Program-made: the position numbers and the translations under genes | Notes under the pieces: model-generated | The model's database searches: none | What the model saw: the letters and a program-made list of their open reading frames with translations, nothing else | Told to the model about the DNA's origin: nothing | Source of the DNA: Octopus sinensis | Taxonomy: Eukaryota | Reading direction: 5' to 3' | Length of the DNA: 64,000 nucleotides | Assembly (NCBI RefSeq): GCF_006345805.1 | Contig: NC_043000.1 | Span: forward strand, 99,138,001-99,202,000 | In this document: positions 13,114 to 26,119 of the stretch, in pieces | How the letters are laid out: the number at the start of each line of letters is the position of its first letter | Numbering within the stretch: the stretch's first letter is position 1

Positions 13114-14289
13114 AGTCTGAGCGGCAGCCAGCTCTGAAAGGAAGGACGGGGATCACAGGACTGTTTATCGCTTCTGTGATTACCTACTGCCTAACTGTCG
13201 TGTCTTGCCCGCGTTCGTAGCTGATCAAGTTGGAGCGGCTTCTCTTCCGCTTTTTATGGAGGGGTAGAAGTCCTAATGTAAAGTGCTCTGTCTGCTGCCA
13301 GCATCCACTAAAGGGTAGGCTAAGGATGCCTTGGCTGTTCACCATCCAGGTAGAGCTACAGATGCCTCAGCCTCTGCGCAGGTGGCTGAGGCATCTGTGG
13401 CTCTACCTGGATGGTGAACAGGTGTGGACTCCGTTCGTGCGGTCGTTACTTCCTGAGCTTACTAGTTTGAGTGAACCTTGGATCAAGTATAGACCAAAGT
13501 TGGGTGCTTCGCAAGCGGAGTGTTGTGAGGCACTCAAGCTTATCAGTCACACCGGCAACGCCAGCGCCGGGGGTTCTACCGTGTCTTTCTATAGAGGATT
13601 GGTAGCAGCTCAGTGTTACGACGTCCTGGGGGAGACCCTAGGCTTCAATGAGGATCAACTAGCCAGTCTGTTCAGACGGACATTTGGGCCAGGATCCGTG
13701 GATAACCAAAATCTCTGAGATATGGGTTTATGTTGAGTATCTGCTGTCACGGCTGGGAAGAGTACAACTGTCTTCCGGGCCGACTGTAAATATTTTTCCT
13801 CCTGCCACTTTTAACAAAGAAAGCAAGGCTTGTTTTCTCGCTGTGGTCGCTATTACGAAAGAAGCGATATGGATGACCCGTGTGAAAGGAATCGTGAAAA
13901 GCACACTCATCTCCAGCCTTGGACTGGTCCATTACCCCATCTTCCACCTTAAGAGGAAAATATGGATGGAGAGAAAATGCCTGTCACCTGGTGTGTGTAC
14001 ATGGAAAAGATGGAAGGTTGTGGCGAGTTTGTTGCGAATGAATGAACACATACCGTGTATCATAAGGTTATGCTAAAGAATACAGTGGTGACACAGGGCT
14101 TGCGAGTCGAAGCAAAACCTGTCCTCCACTTCATCGTTTGTGTAATTGTTTTGCTTATGATTTGTTTATCTACTAAAAGGATTAACCTTCCACCTCTGTG
14201 TAAAAACCATACGTACCATCGACCTCTCCCTTATCTGTACCGTCCCTCTACGTTTGGTTCCATGTGGACAATAAAGAAATCGTTGTCAC

Positions 14290-15401
14290 AATCATCTGAA
14301 ATGGAACTGTCAAAGAGCGATGTTCGAGCAATTTTGCTATTCAACCTCAAAAAAGTACGTAAAGCAGCAGAAACTACTCGCGATAACAACGAAATGTTTG
14401 GTGAGGAAGTGACCAGTGAGTGGTCAGCTCGAAAATGGTTTAAACGATTTCGCACTGGAGACCTGTGCCTTGCAGATCGTGAGCGTAGTGGACGCCTATC
14501 AGTCATTGATGACGGTCAATTAAAGACCGTCATTGAGAAAGATCCACGTAAAACCACTCGAAAATTGGCAAAAGAACTTCAAGTAGCCAAAAAACTGCCT
14601 GAAACCATTTGCATGCAATCGGAAAATCAAAAAAGCTCGACAAATAGGTACAACACGATTTGAATGAAAATAAGAAAATGTCCAGATATGAAATTTACTC
14701 GTCGCTTCTTTTCCGTAACCAGACCGATCGATTTCTCGACCGCATTGTAACTTGCGATGAAAAGTGGATTCTGTACAATAATAAAAACGTTCTTCGCAGT
14801 GGTTGGACCAAAATGAAGCACCGAAAACTTTTCCTAAACCCGAAGTCTTCAAAAAGAAAGTTGTGACGACTGTCTGGTGGTGTACTGCTGGATTTATCCA
14901 CTATAACTTCTTAAAACTCGGAAAAACCATTACTGCAGAAACATATTGCCATGCAATTGCCAAAATGAGCGAAAAACCGCTGCTCCTCCAACCCAGATTG
15001 GTTAATAGATAAGGGCCAATCATTCTTCATGACAATGCTCGACCATACGTTTCACTAATGACACTCCAACAGTTGAGGGAACTTGGCTACGAAGTTCTTT
15101 TCTACTCACCTTATTCCCTAGATCCTTTCTCCTACCGATTGCCACTTTTTCAAGCACCTTGATGGTTTCCTGCGAGAGGAGTTAAAAAGTCAAACCGACG
15201 CTGGAAGTGCGTTCAAAGAGTTCATCAGCTCCAGAACTCCAGATTTTTATGTTACTGGAATAAGCAAACTTGTAACTCGTTGGCAAAAATGTGTTGATTG
15301 TAATGGTACTCACTCTGATGAATAAAATTTCCGCATTGTTGAAATATATTGTGATGAGTTTCATGTTCCAAAACGTTGCTTACTTTGTACTCAGCCTGAT
15401 A
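14290..15401 (+). mobile_element. Mariner (DD34D) transposon, decayed near-full transposase 14301-15325
   Basis: MELSKSDVRAILLF...WFKRFRTGD...IVTCDEKWILY...HDNARP...YSLD...RWQKCVDCNG. Has frameshifts and stops. A probable 3' TIR ends at 15401; no 5' TIR was seen. Confidence 0.9.
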
Positions 15402-16444
15402 GTATTGGTAACTCTTCTATGTTTAAGTTCTGTCAAAGTTACCTTCATCTTTCATCATTTTAGAACCGATAAAATTAGTACCAGTGGATAGCAAAGATCA
15501 ACTTAATCAAGTGTCCCCACTTTTACGGAATGAGTGGCCTTGTGGCCATGCTAGAACAAATCTATAAAATTATGCTGCTACGGTCAAGTTAAGTAATACT
15601 TATCTATTATACAAAATCGAAGATATAATCTATTACACACACAACATATATTTAAGACGGATAAACTATGAAACTAAATGATATAAACTATGTAACTATC
15701 GGAGACACAGTAGGATAGCTATTGTGATTCATTCATTGGAACTATAAGTTCCATGTATACGAAAATAGTATAAAATTAGAGACGTAGTACAATGTATTAA
15801 GAATTGTTAGAGTTACCACTGTAATCATAGTGTAGAACGATCTTGTACACATGTTTTCTATTTCATTCCAACGTTAAAATTGTTTAAGGCGTTTACCTTT
15901 TCCATTGTTCAATAATTTTCAATAGTTTAATTATAAAGTCACAGTGGAAAGGCAATGAAAATTATATTCTTTTTCTTTTGCTTTGCTTTTTGTTTCATAG
16001 ACTAGTTTATATAGCTATTTCTGGAGTGCAAAAGATAAGAACAATAGATAACGGCCCTCAAGATAAAAGATAATAAATGTTATAACAAAGAATAGCGTTT
16101 TCAAAGATGTTTCCTCCGAAGATTGCACCTTCAGTACAACCTATAGGGAAGGCACACAATCAGTACAATCAGATTCTTTAGAAGAATATTATTTCAAAAG
16201 AAATAATATATTTCATGCTTCACTTTAAACTTCTAATAATCTTATGGTTTTCAAAATAGAATGGAATTTCCAAGAGTACTGTTACTTATTATTCATTTAT
16301 TCATGTTATATCATTTAAAGTAGTTTTTTTGTTTCATATATTTATGCCAGATTCTTAGCTTGGATCTCGAGATATTTTTTCAATATCCTAGCATTGCTTA
16401 CCTTTGTTTGGGAATTCTACTTCATTTAATCATATCTAAATAAA

Positions 16445-16740
16445 GTTTGGAGGGCAGCGGATTGATAGAGTCGTTAGAATATTGGATAAGATGTCTTATG
16501 ATATTTGTTCCGACTCCTTGAGCTCAAATCCACCGAAGCCAACCTTGCCTTTTATTCCCTTTCGAGGGTGGATAAGAAGTTCCAATTCAAGATGAGTGGT
16601 CGGCTGACCTGTTAGAGATTCGGAAGGAGATGTCATGTGATATTTCTATGGGTCTTTGTATTCTGACAACAACCCCTGCTACAATATCATTACCAAGGCC
16701 ATTCGGCCCAAGACCGCGGGCTTTTCTGCAGTCAAAGATA
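16445..16740 (+). mobile_element. SINE family B (Meta-domain-like), old copy
   Basis: Degenerate match to aaggcggcgagctggcag...tcaaattccgccgaggtcgactttgcctttcatcctttcggggtcgataaa. Confidence 0.6.
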
Positions 16741-16989
16741 GAATGTGGCGTGGAGAAGGGAAACGAGCATGCAGGGACAACTACTAGTCTGTTGCAAAAA
16801 TTATTTCCGAAACCTGCTCATACCTAAGATATTCAAGTATAAAGAAATTATGGACAGTCACTTTGTTGGAATATGATCAAGCAGTCCTGTGATTAAAAGC
16901 AGTCCAGTCGAGGTTGTTGTTGTTGACTGAGATTTTCCAGTCAACACTAACAGAAGGATCCAAGCTATTCGATCACATATAATTAATGA

Positions 16990-17305
16990 AGACAGGGAAG
17001 GAAACACTTGTAGTCCAATAGACGTAAGTGTTCCCACTGATAATATATATATAGATATATATGTGTGTGTGTGTGTAAAGGAATTTGATAAATTAAGTTA
17101 ATATAATGGACCTGAAAATTGAAATACAAAAAATGTGGCATCTTAAGGCTGTTCCTGTTATTGTAGGTGTCCTAAGTATGATAGAAAAAAATGGGATGTC
17201 AGAAACATCTTGATAAGATCCCAGGAGAACCATGTCTCAGAGAAATCCAGAGGATTGTTCTGATGAGTACTGCCCTCATCCTTAGAAAAACTCTATCCAT
17301 TTAAA
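16990..17305 (+). pseudogene. Dong/R4-type LINE 3' (RLE) fragment
   Basis: IDVSVPTDN...KEFDKL...EIQKMWHLKA...VIVG...EIQRIVLMSTALILRKTLSI*, with a TA/TG microsatellite inside. Confidence 0.75.
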
Positions 17306-17409
17306 TATCTGTGTTGTATTACATGAAGATATTTCACTACTTCCTCTGCCACTTCCCCTCCCCAAGCTTTCAGTCAAACTGTAACATCTCTTATCCGTCA
17401 CTCGTCCAG

Positions 17410-17703
17410 AATAAAAGGAAAAGTCGATCTTGGCGGAATTTTAATTCACAACGTAAAGACTGACGAAATACCTATTTCTTTACTCCCCACAAGGGGCTAA
17501 ACACAGAGAGGACAAACAAGGACAGACAAACGGATTAAGTCGATTATATCGACCCAGTGCGTAACTGGTACTTATTTAATCGACCCCGAAAGGATGAAAG
17601 GCAAAGTCGACCTCGGCGGAATTTGAACTCAGAACGTAGCGGCAGACGAAATTCAGCTAGGCATTTTGTCCGGCGTGCTAACGATTCTGCCAGCTTGCCG
17701 CCT
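17410..17703 (-). mobile_element. Young SINE B copy (17472-17703) abutting an older SINE B remnant (17410-17471)
   Basis: Near-identical to the copy at 26120-26349. The junction is at GACGAAATACC|TATTTCTT. Confidence 0.85.
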
Positions 17704-18169
17704 TGCAGTTACTCAATATTTTACTGTTGAAGAAAGATTGTAAGTGGTAAAGATTAGTTTAATCTTCTGAATTTCTCTGAGACATGGTTCTCCTGGGATC
17801 TTATCTATTTGAGCTGGTACTTCTTTTTCAAATTTGTGTGACTCAAATCTATAGCGTTTCGAACAATGGGTACAACTCCCAAAATTTCAGTTAGCTTACT
17901 GCAGAGGATAGCAGATCTCACAACAGTAAGCGTGCGTGGAGTGGTAGATTCAGGTTTTCATGACTAATTGCTTTAAATGTTCCCGCTTCCAAAACATATC
18001 GCTTTTGCCTATGTTTATTAATATCATTAATATAACCATTGTGAGTGACAATAGTTAATTTTGTTTGAAAGATCATCTGACATAACAAGATAGGTATTTA
18101 GAAGGTATTTAGTTGCGTTCCTTTACGTTTAAATATCAGATCAATTTAATATTAATACACTGTTTGTAG

Positions 18170-18415
18170 AGATTGGTGGATTGGCAAATTCATTAGACCG
18201 TCGGACAAAATGCTTTCCTTTACTTCTTTTGGTTCGTTACATTTTGACTTCAAATCCCTCCGAGTTGACATGACATTTCATCCTTTTATGGATCAATAAA
18301 ATAATGTAACCGTCAAGTGATGGAGCCGATGTAACCAAATGTCCTTCCCACTTCATTTAGGCGTGTTCCTAAACTAGAAAAAATTACTTGTGAGGCTTTG
18401 TGCCTATGTTAAACA
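18170..18415 (+). mobile_element. SINE family B, old copy
   Basis: Degenerate head and the tttcatcctttt...gatcaataaaata core. Confidence 0.55.
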
Positions 18416-19299
18416 CAATATACAGTGATTTCTTACTGCAGCAAAAAGTGAAAGATTTGTGGGAAAATATGATTTAATTCTTCTAAACACCTTTACTACG
18501 GTTGCCGGAGGGTATAATACAAATTCGACTCTGAGTGGGTTAAACTCAAAATATTTGAAATACTACTAGATTAATCTTTTCGTGCAGTAACTTCTGACCC
18601 TCAACGTTGCATCTCATCACATAAGATAGCGTTAAGTTTCTCATAAAAATAGTGGAGACTGAGATTTGAACATTGATTACAAAAGCCAGACACTAGATTA
18701 ATCAACCGTCAGTTGCCGCCACTTCTCCACGCATCTTCTAACATAGTATCAAGTTAAGAATAAAAGTGAGGCTCAACATTTTTCTATTTCAAATAAAAAG
18801 AAAGAAGACAAAGAAATAAAGAAATATAAAGAAAGTGTTAAAATATCTATTAGTTGTAGATGCAGCTACGCTTAGGCATAAAATAGCTAAATTATTTTAT
18901 TTTCGGTCTAGGTATCTTGGTTAACGACTTCTTTATTTTCTTTTCCTTTTTAAATTATTTCAAAAGCAGTCATCCATTTTAATAGGGATTTTTTCTGACA
19001 TTCTTTTATTCAGCAAAAATATATAAAAATAGAAATTCCGATCAATGATCACAGCTTTGTTTTCTTCTTTATTTCTTCCTTTTTAATAGGTTGTGTGACG
19101 TTATGAGGCTTCTTTTTGGTTTTTCTATTTTCAAGTGAAATCCTGTTGATTAGTAATTTTCGTTAGGTTTCTTTTCTGCGACTATTAAATTCGGCTTCCG
19201 TTCCTAGCCTTTTTAAACACAGGCAGACACACACATCTATTCGACGATCCAACTATCTATCTATCTATTTATCTATCTATCTATATATATATATATATA

Positions 19300-19336
<37 letters not shown>

Positions 19337-19373
19337 GTCTGTCTCTCTGTCTCTTTCTCTATCTCTCTAAACG

Positions 19374-19404
<31 letters not shown>

Positions 19405-19888
19405 TATATATATGAAAACATGCATGCAGATATGTATACATGCGCGTACACCCACGCACTGAAGGCTAGTTGCTTTATCTAGGAAGTATTTTGTAATTAT
19501 TTTTATTTCTTTTTGTTTTTAAATTTGAGATAAAGTGAAACTAATATCAACATCAATAAACGCAGTGAAAATTTCTAGCTAGATTTGTTTTCTGTTCACT
19601 TGTTTATTTTATATCTGTTTTCTGTACAGTTCTTAATGGTATCGAGAGGGAAAACAAGCAATCACCTAAATTACATAAAACATTCGGAATAATTTCTCTT
19701 CACATTATATTTATTTATTATTATTTTTTTTAGTTCTAAAATTGTTTCTGCTGTTGATGCTGGTGGTATTGTTTTTGTTGAAATGGGTTTTCGAATTGTA
19801 TATACCTATACATACACGTACACACACACACACACATATATATGTAAGTGTATGTACGTGTGTGTGCGTGTGTGTGTGTGTGTAAATA

Positions 19889-19922
<34 letters not shown>

Positions 19923-19955
19923 CTTGATTAAAAAGTAGCAAAAGTATCACAAAAT

Positions 19956-19994
19956 CAGCTACTTAGTGTTTCACGTTCCCGTTCGTCGGACAGT
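19956..19994 (-). ncRNA. Minimal hammerhead-like motif with a CCGACGA core
   Basis: Minus strand: ctgt CCGACGA ACG ggaa CGT GAAA C actaa GTA gctg. Stem II is 3 bp with a GNRA loop, a GUA cleavage triplet is present, and stem I is imperfect. Confidence 0.4.
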
Positions 19995-20139
19995 TTCGTT
20001 TAGAATGGAACAAAAATAAGGTTGTAAGTAAGCATATACAATTAGTTTTATGGATACACATTTGAAAATGGTTTTGTTTCATTGGTCCTTTCAACCAACG
20101 GTCTTTACAATAACCAGTTGCATCCAATGAACAAAATAC

Positions 20140-20350
20140 GGAGTAAAGTTATCTTATTATTAACATTGTCCCGAGGGAGATCAAAGAGGAAAAGGATCCC
20201 ATCAACTTTAAACAGAGTCTGGATAGATTCCTTCAAAGAATACCAGATAAGCCACCCATAATTGGATACAACTCACCCAACAAGAACTCACTACTTGAAC
20301 AAAACTGGATACAACTCACCCAACAAGAACTCACTACTTGAACAAAACTT
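20140..20350 (+). pseudogene. CR1/L2-like LINE 3'-terminal fragment with a 43-bp tandem duplication
   Basis: NIVPREIKEEKDPINFKQSLDRFLQRIPDKPPIIGYNSPNKNSLLE. 20264-20306 is repeated exactly at 20307-20349. Confidence 0.65.
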
Positions 20351-21215
20351 GGCTTAAACAGGATTCGAATAATCCTATCAGGTGGTGCTATTAAGTTAGA
20401 CATGGCCTGGACCAATCTTTGGTCGAAACATATCTAAGTTTATCTAAGTTTATTATAAAATCAAAGAAAACCTTCAATCAAAAATAACTTATAAAGAATG
20501 ATACAATCTAAATACCTGGGGTAATTAATTATTTGTAAAATATTAATCAATTAATACATTAAAAGTTATATCCGTTTTTTAAAAAATGATCACGTTGGAC
20601 TACGTATACTTTAGAAGTATATGCACATACCAAACCATCTATAATATACATATATACACTAAAACATGCAGATGTATGTACATAGCTACATATATATACA
20701 CATTTATATGCGTATGCATATATATATATACATATACATACATACAATACATACATACGCATAAATATATAGAGACATATATATATATACATATATATAT
20801 ATGTATATATATATTTATATATATATATATATATGGTATAAGTATATATATATATGTATATATATACATGCGTATAAGAACTTGTACTTGTTTTATCAAC
20901 CTCAATGCTCGACTGGTACTCCTTGTATCCCAAAAAGGTTTAAATACAATGTTGACCATGGTAAAATTGGGATTCAAAACGGAATGAGTCGGAAGCACAA
21001 TGTATTTCATTTGGAAAATGGCTTCCTCAACGGAATAAAAGTGCAATTTATGCGTTTGGTAATTCATACGAGTGTTAGTTTGTGAGGAACGTACATACAT
21101 TCTCATACACACACGCAGGCAAACTCACAAATGGACTCACACACATACACATACACACATACGTAAACATACACCACACACACATATATATGCATATATA
21201 TATATGAATTTATGC

Positions 21216-21296
<81 letters not shown>

Positions 21297-21305
<9 letters not shown>

Positions 21306-21606
21306 TGTATACCGTCAACTTAACGTGACAGTGGGAATTACAACACCGCTGTTTAGCCCTAGGAAGCATCGAACGCTTCCTGTCGGCTTTGACACATTTT
21401 TTCCCTGTGTCCTTATGTTTGTGAAGGGGAGGTAAGTACCCCCACCAGCCAAGATTCACACCTGGGGACATGCATGTTTCTGGGTCCAGAAAGGGAAAAA
21501 TGTGTCAAAGCCAATAGGAAGCGTTCGATGCTTCCTAGGGCTAAACGGCGGTGGTGTAATTCCCATACGAGACTGTCACGTTAAGTTGACAGTATACAAC
21601 CACTCT
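21297..21606. mobile_element. MITE-like element with ~110-bp terminal inverted repeats
   Basis: 21297-21406 is the reverse complement of 21492-21606 apart from a few substitutions and one 7-nt indel. The core is ~85 bp. Confidence 0.8.
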
Positions 21607-21657
21607 ATCGCTCCACCACCGTACATATCTCTATGAGATATTTAGAAATTTAATATT

Positions 21658-21708
<51 letters not shown>

Positions 21709-22224
21709 ATAATAAGGGTGAGAGAATTAGATACTAATTTAATAGTATCCCAATTCAACACCAAGTGGCCCAGTGCACAGAGAAACCTGGGTTATTATAA
21801 TATTTTATAATATATTATAATATTTTATACATAAATAAATATAAGAGAGTAGTCACTATGTGGCTCACTCTAGCACTAGAAATAGATCCAATAGGTTTTA
21901 ACTACAAAATAAATGTTTCCCATGAAAGTCAGCACGATTGTTAGCTCAAACGAACAGGGCAAATAAAAATAACAAAAATACAGATTATTTTGTTTCGCTA
22001 TTACTGAATTAAATGTAATTTTACTCACACTAATTCACTTGTAGCTCCTCAGCCAAAACTATCTGGACACAATCTACTCAATCACACGCCAGATTTTACC
22101 ATAACGATAAATACACGTGTGGTTCAATCGATTATATCCGCCGTTATAATTCAAATGCCCTTACCAACAGCCCGCCAACTCTCACGGAAACAGATACTAC
22201 ATTTAGAAATAAATGCAGCATAAT

Positions 22225-22279
<55 letters not shown>

Positions 22280-22669
22280 ATATATGTATATAAAATTTAA
22301 ATAATGAGGGTGATAAATTGAATATTAATTTAATTAACATTAATTTAAACCAGTAGCCTAGCATATAGGAAAATCTGAAAATTCAGAAAAATTGTAATAC
22401 ATGCGTATAAGAAGTGATAACCACTAAGTGGACATCCAATATGCTAGAAGAACATCACCTACGATCTAACCACAAAGAAAGTTGGTATCGGCCACGATCG
22501 GATGGTGTTTTTTATGTACCACTGGCACAGAAGCCAGTGAAGACAGCACTGGCATCGATCACGTTCAGATGGTGCTTTTTACGTTCCACCGGCACGGGGG
22601 TCACATCTACAATTTCCATTTGATTGTAACTTGATTTGATTTTGATAGTGAAGTTGATGTATTTGTATG

Positions 22670-22745
<76 letters not shown>

Positions 22746-22796
22746 ATATACATATATATGTATATATGTATGTATATATGTATGTATGTATATATG

Positions 22797-22838
<42 letters not shown>

Positions 22839-23119
22839 AATGTATATATGTATATATATATATGTGCATATATTTGTATATATATGTATATATATGCATA
22901 TATGTATATATGTATATATGTATTTTTATATATATGCATATATATGTGTATATATGTATAAATATGTATATATATATATATATATATAATATATATATTA
23001 TATATATATATATATAATATATATATATATAAATATGATATAAATAATTTAAATTCAATTGAATTGGGTACTTAAGTTGAAGCACCAAGTCAGCCCCGTA
23101 TTAGAATAAAATCAAAGTA

Positions 23120-23520
23120 AGCTGCTAAGCAAACTGAAGGGGGGAATAACATGCCCAATCCATAAAAGAGGAAGCAGAGCAGATGCCAAAAATTATAGGC
23201 TTATCTCTCTGACTTCACACATGAGAAACGTCATGGAACGAATAGTCAGAGGGAAACTAATCCCATTCCTTGAAGAAAACGACTTGCTGAGTGATACCCA
23301 GCATGGTTTTCGTCAGGTAGGAGCTGCCTGACACAGCTCCCACTGTACTATGACTGGGTGTTGAAGCAGTAAATCAACAACTCAAATATGGACGTAATAT
23401 TCCTTGACTTTGCTATATCGCAAACTGCGTGATTTTGGTATAGCTGGAAAACTTGGAGAGTTACATGACTTCCTGAAAGATAGAAGTCAGGCAGTGGTGG
23501 CCAATGGAGCCTCCTCAAAT
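23120..23520 (+). pseudogene. CR1/L2-clade reverse transcriptase fragment
   Basis: PIHKRGSRADAKNYRLISLTSH...MERIVR...QHGFRQ...SCLTQL...DVIFLDFA...FLKDRSQAVVANG. Confidence 0.8.
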
Positions 23521-23544
23521 TTAGTGGGACCAGGTCTCTATAAT

Positions 23545-23765
23545 ACATTTATCAAGAAAGTCACTGAGATTCACCTTTTCGATCGCAACATTCTTCTTGA
23601 AATCTCTCTTGAGTCTTTGCATATTTTATCCTGGCCTCCTCAAACGCTTTCACTCCATTCCACACTTTTGTTCGCCATCCAGCTCCATTCGAAGCAAGGG
23701 TTTCTATGGCCTTTGGATTCATTCCAAGTGACTTTATGATAGTCCTTAAACCTCTTTTTAGGTTT
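23545..23765 (-). pseudogene. RTE-BovB-like LINE 3' fragment
   Basis: KRFKDYHK (frameshift) ...IETLASNGAGWRTKVWNGVKAFEEARIK, the RTE C-terminal pattern. Confidence 0.65.
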
Positions 23766-24540
23766 ACACTCACACACACACACCATATGCATACTTACAT
23801 ATGTATGTGTATGTGTGTTTGTATACATACATATATACATACATATTCATGAACTACCCGAGCACACAAATACGTACCGTCGTGTGTATGAATATAAAGA
23901 TGGAAAGAGATACGAGTGTTTGCTTTATAATATTCCAGATGACAGACAATATATTATGCACTAGAATCTGATTCTATAGTAGAGAGACAGAGACAGCAAC
24001 GACAGCTTCCCTTTCGGCTACGAGATATATACGTCTGATAAGATATATTAGATATTGGTTACATATTTGGAGGCACGAATCTCTTGCTAGACTTTTAGTG
24101 TGAGATTGAATAGAATTTTTGTGAAGAAGAAATCGAATATTTAAATTATTGTGTGTTAATTCATAATTCAGTAAAGAAGAAATACTTTTCTGAAATCAGC
24201 AAATTTATCATTGTTTGCTTTATTGAGAATATTTTTTTTTAAATTTAATAGTTTTTCGGTGTATCCACGCAGGTATATGCGCCTACTTTCACGTATGCGC
24301 TTTGCGACATTTTCGAGTTGTTTTTAGTATATGTGTGTGTGCTTATTATATCTAATAGATGTCTGAAGATTACCTTCAAGATATCAAAAATTCGATTACG
24401 CATTTGGAAGTTTCAATTTCTAATAAACACACCCACACCAATGCATTCACATCATTAGATTTCTTATTGTGGTGTACCCTTCTATACAAATAAATATTTG
24501 TAAACAAATACATATGTATACTTAAATATATATATATATC

Positions 24541-24589
<49 letters not shown>

Positions 24590-25113
24590 TTAAAAATATT
24601 TATTTGTATACTAGGGTACACCACAGTAACAAATATATATTGTCTGTGTGATTTGTAGTATAATATCAGTACCATTCTATTTAAGATATTCGTGTATACT
24701 CAAGCATAGAAAGACCGCTGTTAAAGCTATATCGGGTGAAAAATTCTCTTTATAGACAATGTATGTAAAAAAAAATACATCTAGGCTATGAAACACGTGT
24801 TTCTACTTTATTACACTTCATCAGTTACGGGTATCGAAATTGTCAATCACAGATAATTGCCGTTCTTACAGTTAAACTGCAAATAAAATGTTTGCTGTTG
24901 TATTTAAAGGTTTGTCAAACTGGAATTAATTAATTAAAGGAACACTAAGCAGCGATGATTGAAAAACAGTTGTGTACAATTATAGCTAACGCACGTGTGT
25001 ATACAATCAAGCGCAGAAAGAACTCTGCTGCGAAAACTGACATAAGAGAGAAAATCTTACAGGCAATGCATGTAAAGCACACCACTAGAGCGTGAACAGA
25101 GGAATCTTGTTTA

Positions 25114-25334
25114 CAGTAATCCCTCGACTATCGCGGGTGTTACGTTCCAAAACACTACACGATAGGTGAAAATCCGCGAATTAGAAACAGTACTGTATTG
25201 TATATTTTTTAATTATTTTTATAATTTGTATATATTTATTTTATCATAAAAGCAAAACAACACCACGGAGGAATCGACGTAAGCTTAAACAATAAACCGC
25301 AATAGGTGAACCGCAATATGGCGAGATATTACTG
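25114..25334. mobile_element. Tigger/pogo-like MITE
   Basis: Imperfect TIRs CAGTAATCCCTCG... and ...CGAGATATTACTG, with TA on both sides (25112-25113, 25335-25336). Confidence 0.75.
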
Positions 25335-25502
25335 TATATTCTTTATGCAGATTAGTCCAGAAAAGCTGAATAATGAAAGCTATTACACACAATACGAGAA
25401 TTTCCTTACAAAAGGTTCGTGTCATTTCTGGTTTTCAAAAACAAAGAAAAACTTGTTTACTCTACTTAACAAAAATCTATCCTTAGACATCTTCTATATT
25501 CT

Positions 25503-25687
25503 ACTTGATTCAGTCATTAGACTTCAGCCATGCTGGGGCACTGACTTGAGGAATTTCCTATTTATTCTATCGGTCTCTCTACTGAACTTCTAAGTTACGG
25601 AGACGTTAGCACACTAACAACGGTTGTCAATCGGTGATAGGAGACAAACACAGACTCAAAGACACACACACACAAATGAGCACGAAT

Positions 25688-25778
<91 letters not shown>

Positions 25779-25920
25779 TATGTATAAACGACGCGCTTCT
25801 TTCTGTTCCCGTATGTCACATCCACTCACAAGGCTTTGGTTGGCTCGAGGCTATAGAAGAAGTTATTTTTCCAAAGTGTCACGCAGTGGGACTGAATCAG
25901 GAACCATACAATTACATGAA
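25503..25920 (-). mobile_element. SINE family A, old copy
   Basis: Both the tail and CORE-like segments are present around an internal CA/TA microsatellite. Confidence 0.65.
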
Positions 25921-26119
25921 ATATATTTCCTTAAATATGTGTAAATTTGTGTATATGAATGAGTGTGCAAGTTTCTAACTTATATAATACCAGCTGGTAA
26001 TTTATAAGATATTGTGTTTAGGATAATTTATTTACTACACTCTAGAGGATAAAGCAAACTCAGTACCATCTCTGGCTGGAATTGTACTCAGTATATAAAG
26101 GGCTTATAGTTAGATACCT

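Larger units (their letters stand above)
10880..14285 (+). mobile_element. L1-Tx1-like non-LTR element derivative: ORF1a + ORF1b + only the C-terminal part of ORF2
   Basis: Two gag-like ORFs with CCHC knuckles, then KLERLLFRFLWRGRSP...LRMP and ACFLAVVAITKEAIWMTR...RWK (Tx1-type ORF2 C-terminus). AATAAA occurs near 14270. Confidence 0.75.

Noticed and set aside
24360-24494. Short + strand ORF MSEDYLQDIKNSITHLEVS...
   Set aside because: Only 44 codons, with no good donor and no homology I can recognise.
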